In this document: piece after piece, positions 19,042 to 29,415 of the stretch
How the letters are laid out: the number at the start of each line of letters is the position of its first letter
Position numbering within the stretch: the stretch's first letter is position 1
Assembly (NCBI GenBank): GCA_964608945.1
Contig: CAZSQB010000001.1
Location: forward strand, 3,211 to 67,210
Length of the DNA: 64,000 nt
Direction of reading: 5' to 3'
From: an uncultured Gammaproteobacteria bacterium
Lineage (GTDB): Bacteria > Patescibacteriota > Microgenomatia > Levybacterales > UBA12049
The notes under the pieces: model-generated
Seen by the model: only the letters and a program-made list of their open reading frames with translations
What the model was told of the DNA's origin: nothing
Database searches by the model: none
Made by a program: the position numbers and the translations under genes

Positions 19042-20657
19042 TCATCTGTCTAGTTTTTGCCTTTATTGCTGGATTTGCCTTACTGCATCCAGGTCTCCCG
19101 CCAACCCATGATGGAGAATCTCATGTCATACGGTTCTATGAGTTTGATAAAACATTAAGGGATGGAAACGTTTATCCAAGGTGGGCACCTGACTTAAACA
19201 ATGGATATGGCGTACCATTATTTAACTACGTTTATCCGCTTCCCAATTACATAGCCTCATTTTTCCATTTCTTTGGGTTTAGTTTTATCGATGCGCTTAA
19301 ATTAAATCTTTTTTTTGCAACGATGTTTGGGGCAGTGTTTTTTTATGCTTGGTCAAAAGAATATTGGGGCAATCTTGGAGGTATTGTATCGTCAGTTTTT
19401 TATACTTTTTCTCCCTATCGATTCGTTGATATCTATGTCAGAGGATCTGTTGGGGAAGTGTGGGCGCTTGCTTTTTTTCCTGCATTTTTGTGGTCATTTG
19501 ATCAGGTTGTTAAAAGGGAAAAAAATATATATATACCTCTTTCTGCAGTATTTTTGTCACTTATTATTTTTTCTCACAATATTTTGGCAGTAATGTTTTT
19601 TTGTTTTGTTATTTTTTATGCTCTGTATTATCTATTACAACAAAAAAATAAAAAATCTTCTGTCATACCAGTGTTCACTATTGTATTTATTGGTCTTGGC
19701 ATGTCTGCGATTTTTTGGCTGCCTGCCCTGCTGGAGCAAAAATATGCAACAGGCTTGCAGATATTTGATATAAGACAAAATTTTCCGGAAGTTTATGAAC
19801 TATTAATTCCTTCTTGGGGATCAGGTTTTTCTAGAGAAAGCTTAGGGAATAAAATGTCTTACCAGATAGGTGTGTCAAACCTCATTGCGACTTTCATCTC
19901 ATTTATTGGCTGGATTGTTTTATTAAAACGTAAAGATAAAAAAACAGCAAATCTATTACTGTTTTTCCTTGTATCGTTTGCAGTTATATGCTTTCTTATG
20001 CTTAAACAATCACTCTCGATTTGGGAAAAGGTTTCGATTATGCAGTATTTTCAATTTCCATGGCGGTTTTTGAGCCTCATTATTCTTATAACTTCTTTTT
20101 TGGCGGGGAGTATATACAAGTTTTGGACAAATAAAATACTCTTTTTTATTATGATCGGATCTACCGTGCTACTTACGATCGGATATACAAAACCTGCCTA
20201 TTACCACCGCAGACAGGACGCCTACTATCTCACAAGAAGCAATTTTATTGACGGAACAAATAGTCCCGGAAATTTCTTCAATACGATATGGTTTGACAAG
20301 ACGCTGAAAAAACAGACGGCAAAATTAAAGCTGACAGACGCGAAGGATGGACGCATTGCTCAGAATACTGTACAATCGCAATACCATTCGTTTACAGTGG
20401 AAACTGCTAGTGCCACGTCTGCTTCCTTGCAAACCGCTTATTTTCCCGGCTGGAAAGTTTTTCTTGATGGAAAACCAACGGTTATAACAGAGAAGAACGG
20501 TATAATTATCTTTCATCTACAAAAAGGGAGACATATTGTTGAAGCAAAGTTTACTGATACAATAGTAAGAAGGGTTGCTATGATGATTAGTCTTTTGTCG
20601 TTCGCTGTTTTACTGTATATAACGTATAGATCTTTAAATCTTTCCAAGCAAAGATGA
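19017..20657 (+). CDS. Membrane protein with PTPS-related domain. Paralog 2.
   Basis: LLHPGLPPTHDGESHVIRFYEFDKTLRDGNVYPRWAPDLNNGYGVPLFNYVYPLPNY. C-terminal YFPGWKVFLDGKPTVI domain. Same architecture as 12490..14142. Confidence 0.65.
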   Translation: MAKNVLPIIICLVFAFIAGFALLHPGLPPTHDGESHVIRFYEFDKTLRDGNVYPRWAPDLNNGYGVPLFNYVYPLPNYIASFFHFFGFSFIDALKLNLFFATMFGAVFFYAWSKEYWGNLGGIVSSVFYTFSPYRFVDIYVRGSVGEVWALAFFPAFLWSFDQVVKREKNIYIPLSAVFLSLIIFSHNILAVMFFCFVIFYALYYLLQQKNKKSSVIPVFTIVFIGLGMSAIFWLPALLEQKYATGLQIFDIRQNFPEVYELLIPSWGSGFSRESLGNKMSYQIGVSNLIATFISFIGWIVLLKRKDKKTANLLLFFLVSFAVICFLMLKQSLSIWEKVSIMQYFQFPWRFLSLIILITSFLAGSIYKFWTNKILFFIMIGSTVLLTIGYTKPAYYHRRQDAYYLTRSNFIDGTNSPGNFFNTIWFDKTLKKQTAKLKLTDAKDGRIAQNTVQSQYHSFTVETASATSASLQTAYFPGWKVFLDGKPTVITEKNGIIIFHLQKGRHIVEAKFTDTIVRRVAMMISLLSFAVLLYITYRSLNLSKQR

Positions 20658-21718
20658 ATATTGCTATTGATATATCGCCGCTTACAACCGGACACTATCT
20701 CAAGCATAGAGTGCGGGGGACTGGGTTTTATCTCGAAAACCTGCAGAAAAGTTTAAAAAAATATTTCCCGCAGCATACATACATGTCATTTCATCAGGGT
20801 TTGCAGGAACCAAAGAACGCTGACCTCGTTCATTATCCGTATTTTGAACCGTTTTTTCTTACCTTACCTCTTCTGAAACGTAAAAAGCGCGTTGTCACAG
20901 TTCATGATTTGACACCACTCGTTTTTCCGAAGCATTTCCCACCTGGCATAAAAGGAAATATCCGCTGGTGGATACAAAAAAAAGCGCTTGCTGGATCTGA
21001 TGCGATTATTACCGATTCTGAATCGTCAAAGAAAGATATTATCCGCTTTGTTGGCGTCCCGACTACAAAAGTTCACACAATATATCTGGCAGCAGGAAAG
21101 GAGTTTGGGCAAGTTGATAAGCGCAAAGCAAAAAACGCACTGCAGGACGAATATGGTCTTCCTGACAAATTTGCGCTGTATGTCGGAGATGCTACGTGGA
21201 ACAAAAATTTACCGAATTTGATAAAAGCAATAAAAAAAACTGACATTCCACTTGTTATGACTGGAAAGGCACTCGTTGATGCAAATATTGATCATAATAA
21301 TCCTTGGAACAGGGATTTGATAGAGGTGCAACAACTGGTGAAAGAAGATAGGCATATTGTGCGTTTGGGTTTTGTTCCGATTGATGATCTTGTCAGTCTG
21401 TATAATGCGGCAACGGTTTTTGTTATGCCATCCTCATATGAAGGATTTGGGCTTCCTGTCCTTGAGGCTATGCAGAGCGGATGTCCTGTTGTTACGAGTA
21501 GGAACGGCTCGATCCCCGAAATTGCTCAAGACGCAGTTTACTTTGTTGATGCTGATAACGATGAGAGTATTGCTGAGGGTATTTCGACTGTTTTTCATAG
21601 TGAAAAACTTCGTCATACGTTGAGTACGAAAGGGCTTGGGCAGGCAGCTTTGTTTTCATGGAAAAAATGCGCTTCACAAACTCTGGATGTATATAAAGCT
21701 GTATTAAAAACCTCATGA
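20654..21718 (+). CDS. GT4 family glycosyltransferase (GT-B, retaining type).
   Basis: C-terminal VMPSSYEGFGLPVLEAMQSGCPVVTS (the E-x7-E region of GT4), and an upstream FALYVGDATWNKNLPNLIKA. Confidence 0.85.
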   Translation: MNIAIDISPLTTGHYLKHRVRGTGFYLENLQKSLKKYFPQHTYMSFHQGLQEPKNADLVHYPYFEPFFLTLPLLKRKKRVVTVHDLTPLVFPKHFPPGIKGNIRWWIQKKALAGSDAIITDSESSKKDIIRFVGVPTTKVHTIYLAAGKEFGQVDKRKAKNALQDEYGLPDKFALYVGDATWNKNLPNLIKAIKKTDIPLVMTGKALVDANIDHNNPWNRDLIEVQQLVKEDRHIVRLGFVPIDDLVSLYNAATVFVMPSSYEGFGLPVLEAMQSGCPVVTSRNGSIPEIAQDAVYFVDADNDESIAEGISTVFHSEKLRHTLSTKGLGQAALFSWKKCASQTLDVYKAVLKTS

Positions 21719-22959
21719 TTAAAACATTACTCTCTAATCGTTTCGTTCATGCAGCTTTGTGGATGTATGTCGCTGTTGGCGTTACAAGTATTGGGAATTA
21801 TATCTATCATCTTCTTATGGCGCGGATGCTCAATCCATCTTCTCTGCTTGGGGAACTAGAAGGCGTCATATCTTTTATGTATATTTTGTCTGTGCCTCTT
21901 CTTACTGTCTCGTTGGCAGTCGTTAAGTTTGTTTCTGTATATAAAGGGAAAAATAGAACTCAGGAAATAAGTGGTTTTTATTTTTTTCTTCGCAGTAAGG
22001 TGTTGCTTTTTGGTGGCGTTGCGAGTGTCATACTACTTCTTTTCTCGCCTTTTCTAAAAAGCTTCCTCCATCTTTCATCCTATTCTCTTGTTTTGTTGCT
22101 AGTTATTAATTTTGTTGTTGGGACATATGTTGTTGTTGGTCGGAGTATATTGCAGGGACTTTCGGATTTCTTTGGTTTTGCAATATCGACTAGTGTCGAA
22201 ACCATTGTCAAACTCGTCCTTGCAGTGTTACTGGTTTCTGTTGGTTTTAAAGTCGTTGGAGCGTTTGGAGCAATAATTATTGGGAGTGTCATTGGAGCGT
22301 TTGTTTTGTATGGCTTGCTGAAGTCGTTTCAGGCAAAATCTACGGAATTTATAGACGCATCGGCATTTTATCGGTACATAGTACCGGTATTTTTTACCAT
22401 GTTGGCTGTCACTTCTTTGTACTCAACTGATGTCATCTTGGTACGGCATTTTTTTCCGGGTAATCAGTCTGGTGATTATGCTGTGTTATCGATTATGGGT
22501 AAAGTTATCTTTTTTGCAGTATCTCCTATTTCTATAGTTTTGTTCCCATTGATATCTGAACGTCACACAAAAGGGGAAAAATATGATCGATTTTTGTGGA
22601 CAGGGTTTGGGTTGACTTTTGTAGGAGCTGCAATAATCACTGCGATTTATTTTTGGCAAGGAGAATTAATGATATTACTTTTGCCTGGAGAGAACTACCT
22701 GCATGTTGCTTCACTTTTGGGTCTTATGGGGATTTTTATTGGGTTCTATTCTCTCTGTGTTCTTATGGCGAATTTCTATCTTTCTATTCATAAAACGAGG
22801 CAAAATTTTTTTATTGTATCCGCAGCGATAGCGCAAATACTAGGCATCTATTTTTTTCATAGAGACCTGTCTCAGGTGATTCAGGTTTCTATTATCGTAT
22901 CGTTTGTACTCCTTATTTCCCTTTTGCTATACTACCCCTATGTTTGGGACAGGAAATAG
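21715..22959 (+). CDS. Wzx-like oligosaccharide/polysaccharide flippase (MOP superfamily).
   Basis: 414 aa with about 12 evenly spaced TM helices. Located inside a GT cluster. No strongly diagnostic motif, so the call rests mainly on topology and context. Confidence 0.5.
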   Translation: MIKTLLSNRFVHAALWMYVAVGVTSIGNYIYHLLMARMLNPSSLLGELEGVISFMYILSVPLLTVSLAVVKFVSVYKGKNRTQEISGFYFFLRSKVLLFGGVASVILLLFSPFLKSFLHLSSYSLVLLLVINFVVGTYVVVGRSILQGLSDFFGFAISTSVETIVKLVLAVLLVSVGFKVVGAFGAIIIGSVIGAFVLYGLLKSFQAKSTEFIDASAFYRYIVPVFFTMLAVTSLYSTDVILVRHFFPGNQSGDYAVLSIMGKVIFFAVSPISIVLFPLISERHTKGEKYDRFLWTGFGLTFVGAAIITAIYFWQGELMILLLPGENYLHVASLLGLMGIFIGFYSLCVLMANFYLSIHKTRQNFFIVSAAIAQILGIYFFHRDLSQVIQVSIIVSFVLLISLLLYYPYVWDRK

Positions 22960-22974
22960 CCGCTTATTTTCTCT

Positions 22975-23775
22975 ATGAAAAAGAAGATGCATCTTATCTC
23001 CGTCATTATTCCTGCATACAAACAGGAAAAAACAATTAAAGATGATTTAATACGCATTAAACACGTCCTGGATCAACTCCGATATGATTATGAAATCATT
23101 CTTGTTGTCGATGGTAACGTTGATAAGACTTTGCAGAACGTCCAAAAAATGAAATTTAACAAAATTGTTGCAACTGGATACAACGTCAACAAAGGAAAAG
23201 GGCATGCTGTCAGATTTGGGATGGCAAAGGCAAAAGGAGATATTATCGCCTTCATTGACGCCGGTATGGATATAAATCCGAATGGACTTTCGATGCTCAT
23301 GGAACATTTTGAGTGGTACAATGCTGATATTATTGTAGGAAGTAAATTACATCCTGTATCAAAAGTTGACTATCCAGTTACGAGAAAGATCCTTTCTTGG
23401 GGGTATAGGACATTAGTAAGGTTGCTATTCGGCTTATCAGTCAGAGACACACAAGTGGGTATGAAATTTTTCAGAAAAAAAGTATTAGAAGATGTTCTTC
23501 CCCGACTGTTGGTAAAAACGTATGCGTTTGACATAGAAATTATTGCTGTTGCGCATTACTTAGGATACAAACGAATATTTGAAGCTCCCATCGAACTTGA
23601 TTTTACTGGCGTATCTTCAATAACCTCAAAAAATTTTTGGAACACTATCTTTTTTATGTTACGGGATACTATTGCTGTATTCTATAGATTGAAAATTTTG
23701 CATTATTATGACCGTGGTAACAGACGAAAATGGAAGTTTGATCCCGAGTTAAACTTTCGCATTAATGTTCCATAG
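22975..23775 (+). CDS. GT2 polyprenyl-phosphate sugar synthase-like glycosyltransferase.
   Basis: ISVIIPAYKQEKTI...IILVVDGNVDKT...GKGHAVRFG...AFIDAGMDINP. Confidence 0.75.
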   Translation: MKKKMHLISVIIPAYKQEKTIKDDLIRIKHVLDQLRYDYEIILVVDGNVDKTLQNVQKMKFNKIVATGYNVNKGKGHAVRFGMAKAKGDIIAFIDAGMDINPNGLSMLMEHFEWYNADIIVGSKLHPVSKVDYPVTRKILSWGYRTLVRLLFGLSVRDTQVGMKFFRKKVLEDVLPRLLVKTYAFDIEIIAVAHYLGYKRIFEAPIELDFTGVSSITSKNFWNTIFFMLRDTIAVFYRLKILHYYDRGNRRKWKFDPELNFRINVP

Positions 23776-25105
23776 AAATTTTAAGATGAAAAGATATCTT
23801 CATAGTATGCGATACGCTCTTCTCATCATTCTTGTGATCGGATTTTTGCTTCGATTGTACAACTTTACTGTATGGCCACGGCACGGAGCAACGTTTGATG
23901 AGTTTGCCTGGACATGGCTTGGCATAAATTTGATACAAAAAGGAGTACCTATTTCATGGTCCCCACATCCTCAGTATACATATCGCGAACACGTACGATA
24001 TCAAGGTGCGGCATTTTGGGTGGTAAAACCATACCTTGAGCACCCTCCTTTATTTGGACTAATAGCAGGATCTTTTTCTCTATTGAATGGTGCAAAAGAC
24101 ATGTACGAAGTAACGCTTCATACTATGCGACCTCTTGCGCTTCTTTTTGGCACGGTATCAATTCTCGCAATATTTCTTTTGATGAATCAACTATACGGCG
24201 TGTATGTTGGTTTATTGACTAGCTTATTATACGCTACAATCCCAACGATTGTGGTCGGATCTCGAATTGTCCAGAACGAGAATTTCTTGATACCAGTCTG
24301 GCTGTTTGCATTATTTTTTATCACTAAATACTTAAAAACCAATAAGAAAAGATACAGAAATATAGCAGCAATAATTGCTGGGTTATTATCGCTTGCAAAG
24401 GTACCATGGCTGGTTGCCGGTTTTTCGTTATCGATAATAATGGCATATAGGGGAAAATGGAAAGACACATTTATTGTAGGAAGCATTAGTTTTTTATTAT
24501 TTTCACTGTATATAATCTATGGAGTTTATTATGATAAAGAACTTTTCATAAAACTTTTACAACTTCAGACTGCGCGGTACGATATTAGTTTTAATGGTTT
24601 TTTCTCTATCTTCACCTCACCGCTACTTGTAGATAGGTACTATCTAGATGGATGGATTCTTTTTGGATGGATTGCAATAGCACTTCTTTTCAGAGATATA
24701 AAAAAGCATTTCTTAATTATTTTTCCATTCCTAGCATACTTAATAATTTATATAGCGGGAATACCTGACGAGCCAGGACATGGATGGTATCGGTATCCAT
24801 TTTATCCATTTTTGGTTGCAAGTATAGCATTGTTTCTTAAGGAATATTTTGTTAAAAATAGAATATTAACGTTTTTATTCCTAGTTTTTATTGGCTTTTC
24901 TCTATTTCATTCTTCTTGGGTGAATATGTTCGGTTTTTCTTATACTCTATATAGGTTGATTATTCTAGGATTTTTATTCGTGCTAACGCCATTATTTATA
25001 AAATCTAGTTCCCTCACAAAAATTACAAAAGTCATATCATACATCTGGCTTTTCTTTTTTATTCTTTTGAATATTTGGTCAGTAATACTCTATAATGAAC
25101 AATGA
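23765..25105 (+). CDS. PMT/ArnT-like GT-C glycosyltransferase.
   Basis: GATFDEFAWTWLGINLIQKGVPISWS...EHPPLFGLIAGSF (DE motif plus the HPPL box). Multi-TM. An alternative start at 23786 (MKRY...) is possible. Confidence 0.7.
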   Translation: MFHRNFKMKRYLHSMRYALLIILVIGFLLRLYNFTVWPRHGATFDEFAWTWLGINLIQKGVPISWSPHPQYTYREHVRYQGAAFWVVKPYLEHPPLFGLIAGSFSLLNGAKDMYEVTLHTMRPLALLFGTVSILAIFLLMNQLYGVYVGLLTSLLYATIPTIVVGSRIVQNENFLIPVWLFALFFITKYLKTNKKRYRNIAAIIAGLLSLAKVPWLVAGFSLSIIMAYRGKWKDTFIVGSISFLLFSLYIIYGVYYDKELFIKLLQLQTARYDISFNGFFSIFTSPLLVDRYYLDGWILFGWIAIALLFRDIKKHFLIIFPFLAYLIIYIAGIPDEPGHGWYRYPFYPFLVASIALFLKEYFVKNRILTFLFLVFIGFSLFHSSWVNMFGFSYTLYRLIILGFLFVLTPLFIKSSSLTKITKVISYIWLFFFILLNIWSVILYNEQ

Positions 25106-26625
25106 GCTTTTTTCTTTTATTGCTATTTTCGTTTCCGCTCACTTTTGTTGCTTTTATCTATGAAAGTTATCCTCGTTTCATCAATAGAGAATTTGGGGTT
25201 GATATATGGACTCACCTTTTATATCTACAGGAGTATCATAAGCAGAAAGAGATACCAAAGAATATAGAAAATGGATTTCTCATTAAAGGAATCTATGATT
25301 ATCCCCCAGCATTTATTTTTATTCTTTCTAAATTTTCTTACCCACTCGTTGAAAAGTACGAATTCCTATTCTCGCCATTTTTTGATGCAATTCACCTTAC
25401 TATCATATTTTTTGCCTCATTTTATCTTACTGGAAATTTGTATATAGCATTTTTGGCGCAGGCACTCTATGTTCTAACACCTATAATAATTCTTGAAAAT
25501 GCAAGCGCAACACCGAGATCTTTAGGATATACACTTTTTACTATTGTGTTTATGAGTTTATTTTTTTACTCAGTTTATTCAAATATATTATTCCTTCCTA
25601 TTGCGTTTATCGCAGGAACATTCATATTTATTTCACATCGATTTACAACACAGGGATACCTTTTTTTTTCACTGTTTTTTACGATCATTACTAAAGATTT
25701 ATTGTATATCGGTGTGTTCATTTTTACATTTTTGACTGCAATTATCCTGACTAAGGGATTTTATGTAAAGGTTCTTAGAGGACATATAGGGAACTTGAAA
25801 TTTTGGTATAAAAATATTGATGTCAGATTTGCCCATCAAGTAAAAGGGAATTATAAAGAGCATAAAACAAAAGATTTTGTATTTCTAGTTTACAATGAAT
25901 TCTTGAAGTTTCCACCTTTTGTTCTCGCAATTACTAATCCCTGGACACTTCCCGTGCTTTTTGTCGCGATAGTATTTCAAGTTCCTTTTCTACAACTTCG
26001 ATCAGTGAATGATTATATCGGGATGTGGGTTCTTTTTTCGTATGTTCTGGCACTTCTGACAATTTGGGTGCCAAAACTTCGGTTTTTGGGAGAAGGGCAA
26101 AGGTATCTTGAATTGTCTGCATTTCCAACTGCCTTCCTCTCAGCTTCAATTCTTTTAGGAACTAATGGCGTTTTGAAACCAATATTCGTCGTGGTGTATA
26201 TCCTTATGGGAATTGGGGCATTTTTAACAGTTGTTGTCGTTCAACGAAAAGCAATTATTAAAGATACGCTTCGAAGTTTGACACCGGCAATGCAACAAAT
26301 GTTTCGTTATCTTAAGAATTTACAAGACAAGCCAAAGTTACTATGTATTCCTCATCAAATAACGACAAATACTATTTATCACACAGGATGTCAAGTCTTG
26401 GTAAATGCCGACTATACAAATATCGAAAAAATTTCAGATATCTATCCGTACATTAAAAAACCCATATCAGATATTATGAGCAAGTATAATTTGAATATGA
26501 TTTTATTAAATCAAGATTATGCCCAAATCTCCGATTTAAAAATAGCTCGTTATAGAATTATTAAACACTATGATAATTTTATTCTTATACAAGTTATAAA
26601 AACTGATAATCGGACTAATCGCTAA
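25102..26625 (+). CDS. Uncharacterised polytopic membrane protein. + strand member of an inverted paralog pair.
   Basis: ESYPRFINREFGVDIWTHLL...GIYDYPPAFIFILSKF and C-terminal LLCIPHQITTNTIYHTGCQVLVNADYTNIEKISDIYPYIKK. Both regions recur in 29416..30930 (-). Confidence 0.6.
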   Translation: MSFFLLLLFSFPLTFVAFIYESYPRFINREFGVDIWTHLLYLQEYHKQKEIPKNIENGFLIKGIYDYPPAFIFILSKFSYPLVEKYEFLFSPFFDAIHLTIIFFASFYLTGNLYIAFLAQALYVLTPIIILENASATPRSLGYTLFTIVFMSLFFYSVYSNILFLPIAFIAGTFIFISHRFTTQGYLFFSLFFTIITKDLLYIGVFIFTFLTAIILTKGFYVKVLRGHIGNLKFWYKNIDVRFAHQVKGNYKEHKTKDFVFLVYNEFLKFPPFVLAITNPWTLPVLFVAIVFQVPFLQLRSVNDYIGMWVLFSYVLALLTIWVPKLRFLGEGQRYLELSAFPTAFLSASILLGTNGVLKPIFVVVYILMGIGAFLTVVVVQRKAIIKDTLRSLTPAMQQMFRYLKNLQDKPKLLCIPHQITTNTIYHTGCQVLVNADYTNIEKISDIYPYIKKPISDIMSKYNLNMILLNQDYAQISDLKIARYRIIKHYDNFILIQVIKTDNRTNR

Positions 26626-26629
26626 CTTT

Positions 26630-28363
26630 ATGAAAATCAAAAAATTTATTAAATTTCTCAAGCTTCATAAATATATTTTTTTATTAACAATATTTTCATT
26701 TGGTTTTTTAGCAAGCGTCGTTCGGTATGGACTAAGAACGTACCAAATTCCAGTATGGGATGAGCAGCACTACATGCGTATGGCAACGGAGTTCTATAGA
26801 TTGCTTCAAAATCCAACACTTTCTACTCCAAGTGACATGCTGCAAGTTGTACCCTTCAGACAGCCAGGGTATCCTTTGCTCATGCAACCATTTTTATTTT
26901 TTTTTGGATTGTCAAACTCTTATTTTTGGGCACAGATAACCAATGGAGTTCTCTATGTTGTTAGTATTTTTGGGATATACTTTATTGCTAAAAACTACCT
27001 AAGTAAATTAGCTTCATTTTTAGCAGCGTTTATCTTTGCTTTTTATGGTTGGACTCTTCTTCATGTTCACCTTACCTATTCAGAAACAGCAACGTCTGCA
27101 ATGTCCATACTAACTATTTTATTTTTAATAAAATCCAATTATTTCCAAAATAGAAAATATTCTATTCTTTTTGGTATTTTTTTGGGCTTAGGACTTTTGG
27201 TAAAGTGGATAATCCTAGTATTTGTTTCAGGACCGCTGTTATATGTTTTGTATCACATTTTCAAAAAGCGCTTATTTACACACAAAGAGGTGTTACTCCA
27301 CGGAGTGACTGCAATCGTTATTGCGTTTGTATTATCTTTCTATCCCTATAGTAAGAATTCATATTGGATATTTAACTATTTTTACGGTCATAGAGTAGGT
27401 GGTCCCATGTGGCAAATAGTTCCAGAACAAGAAAGAAATCCTCTTTCAGTCTACTCTCTTACATTTTATCTAAATTCTTTTGCACAACTTGGTATTGTTC
27501 AGTTTATTTTATTTATTTCCGGATTTATCTTAGCCTTCAGACAGAAAAGCACGTTAAAGCCTATCTTCCTTACTGTAATAATCTCCTATATATTCTATTG
27601 CTATGCGCTATTAAAAGCAGAACGACACATTGTCCCCATTTTTCCATATCTTGCTATTTTGTCTGCTGGGGTATTTGATGCTATTAAACACACACGTTAT
27701 AAAACAATATTAGTCGTTGTTACTGTAGTAGTATCAACCTTTACATTCTTGGGAAGTGTATGGGGAAGAGGACCGATGAGGGAGAGTTTGTATGCACTTC
27801 CTCTTCAGCTTCCGTTTGGTCAGTGGAATAAAATATATCTTACTTCCATTTCCCGACCACCATATATTTATAAAATTAGCGGGAGGGAAGTTTTGGATTT
27901 TATCGCTGGAGATAGTAAAAGTAATGGGATAGTAGATCCGCAAATATTAGCCCTATTTTACTATCGTCCTCTTGATGAGCCTCTCATGGTTTACAATCTC
28001 TATAATCAGGAAAACCCATTACAGATTAATAATTATCTTGGAACAATCATTCAAGACCCAGAGAAGGAGTCAGGTATTCTTATACAACAAATATTTAAAA
28101 ATACTGATTATCTTTTAATAAAAAGTGGCAAAAAAACAGATGATTATTTTGCAGCGAACAATTATCAAACCTTAAAAGCACTAATTGCGTTATTTGATAA
28201 CCATGTTTCTCTTTCAGATTATTATGAAAAAAGGGCAGAGATTTGGATATATCAAGATAGTAGCATAGTAACAATATTAAAGAAAAAAAAGGAGATACCT
28301 GATGAAGAGTTGGAGAAAATGAAAGTAGAGTTTGTGAAGCTTTTGAGGGTAGAGAAAAAATAA
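26630..28363 (+). CDS. ArnT/PMT-like GT-C glycosyltransferase with a C-terminal soluble extension.
   Basis: YQIPVWDEQHYMRMATEFYRLL...FRQPGYPLLMQPF, then multi-TM and a Lys/Glu-rich tail. Confidence 0.7.
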   Translation: MKIKKFIKFLKLHKYIFLLTIFSFGFLASVVRYGLRTYQIPVWDEQHYMRMATEFYRLLQNPTLSTPSDMLQVVPFRQPGYPLLMQPFLFFFGLSNSYFWAQITNGVLYVVSIFGIYFIAKNYLSKLASFLAAFIFAFYGWTLLHVHLTYSETATSAMSILTILFLIKSNYFQNRKYSILFGIFLGLGLLVKWIILVFVSGPLLYVLYHIFKKRLFTHKEVLLHGVTAIVIAFVLSFYPYSKNSYWIFNYFYGHRVGGPMWQIVPEQERNPLSVYSLTFYLNSFAQLGIVQFILFISGFILAFRQKSTLKPIFLTVIISYIFYCYALLKAERHIVPIFPYLAILSAGVFDAIKHTRYKTILVVVTVVVSTFTFLGSVWGRGPMRESLYALPLQLPFGQWNKIYLTSISRPPYIYKISGREVLDFIAGDSKSNGIVDPQILALFYYRPLDEPLMVYNLYNQENPLQINNYLGTIIQDPEKESGILIQQIFKNTDYLLIKSGKKTDDYFAANNYQTLKALIALFDNHVSLSDYYEKRAEIWIYQDSSIVTILKKKKEIPDEELEKMKVEFVKLLRVEKK

Positions 28364-28441
28364 CTAAAATATTCACGACCTGAATGAAGATTGGCAATTC
28401 CACCTGATGATTTTAAGTGGTGCACATTTCAATGAGAAAAC

Positions 28442-28460
28442 GATGCGTTCGGATCGCATC
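28442..28460 (+). terminator. Candidate intrinsic terminator hairpin downstream of 26630..28363.
   Basis: GATGCG-TTCGGAT-CGCATC (6-bp GC-rich stem) followed by the A/T-rich ATTATTAAATCAATTCTTTT. It sits in the only sizeable (about 290 nt) + strand intergenic gap. Confidence 0.35.
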
Positions 28461-28651
28461 ATTATTAAATCAATTCTTTTCAAATTGACCGATAGAGTGA
28501 AGACATTTATGGATGATATACAATCTCTGTTTGACCACTTGTTAATTCTCTTGTAACAGGGGAAGAATTATAACATAAAATAAAATGTAATAAATGCGTT
28601 TTATGGAAATTTATAGCAGAGTATTATATACTTGCTCGTACTCTTCAGCAT

Positions 28652-29404
28652 ATGAGTTATTCATGGGAAATTTCATCATTTGATAGCGAAATCTTCGGAC
28701 AAAAAGTTGCAAGGATTACCTCTAATAACAAAGTGAAAACGCGTCTTCATAAAACACTTAAAAGTTTAATTGAAGATTTAAAAGAAAGTAAAATTTGGTA
28801 TGCAACATACAGAGTAAACGCTAACTTTTATCATATTATTCACGAACTTGAAAAGTACGATTTTTTGCTTGTTGATGGACTTATCACTTTGGAGACCATG
28901 CCTGATAATAAACAAATAGAATATCTGCCAAAACAAATACGACACGCAAAGACAAAAGACATTAAACAACTTTTAAAAATCTCAGGGTCAGTATTTGCTG
29001 TAACTCGCTATTACCATGATCCACTAATTCCTAAAGAGAAAGCAGATATTGTTTATCAAAAATGGGTTACTAATTCACTGAGCGAAAAATCATCAAAAAT
29101 GGTTTTGGTCTGGGAAAAAAATAAAAAAATCCTGGGACTTACGACTCTTGATAAAAAAGGACAGATTATTCTTCTTGGTGTATCTGAGAAAGTAAGAGGG
29201 AAAGGAATTGGTAGAGAACTCATCAAAGGAGCATTGAACAAGTTTAGAGAGTTAAAAAGAGAACGAGTAATCGTTGAAACACAGATTACGAATATTCCAG
29301 CCCTTCGACTTTATCAATCTTTGGGTTTTAAAATAATTGACTCGTTTTTGACATATCGATGGTATAGACCAGATAAACCTAAAGAAAATATTAACAAGAA
29401 ATAA
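28652..29404 (+). CDS. GNAT N-acetyltransferase, WecD-like (dTDP-4-amino-4,6-dideoxy-sugar N-acyltransferase-type).
   Basis: C-terminal GNAT core ILGLTTLDKKGQIILLGVSEKVRGKGIGRELI...ETQITNIPALRLYQSLGFK, with an N-terminal domain of about 120 aa as in WecD. Context supports the call (RmlB and a sugar aminotransferase lie nearby). Confidence 0.65.
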   Translation: MSYSWEISSFDSEIFGQKVARITSNNKVKTRLHKTLKSLIEDLKESKIWYATYRVNANFYHIIHELEKYDFLLVDGLITLETMPDNKQIEYLPKQIRHAKTKDIKQLLKISGSVFAVTRYYHDPLIPKEKADIVYQKWVTNSLSEKSSKMVLVWEKNKKILGLTTLDKKGQIILLGVSEKVRGKGIGRELIKGALNKFRELKRERVIVETQITNIPALRLYQSLGFKIIDSFLTYRWYRPDKPKENINKK

Positions 29405-29415
29405 TCATGTCGAAA

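Noticed and set aside
19711-19735. Another CTGCCTGCCCTGCTGG string resembling the left arm of the GC-rich palindromes.
   Set aside because: No reverse-complement partner arm follows. It simply encodes W-L-P-A-L-L-E in a segment conserved with the paralog (FWFPAMFEAKY in 12490..14142), so it is ordinary coding sequence rather than an element copy.
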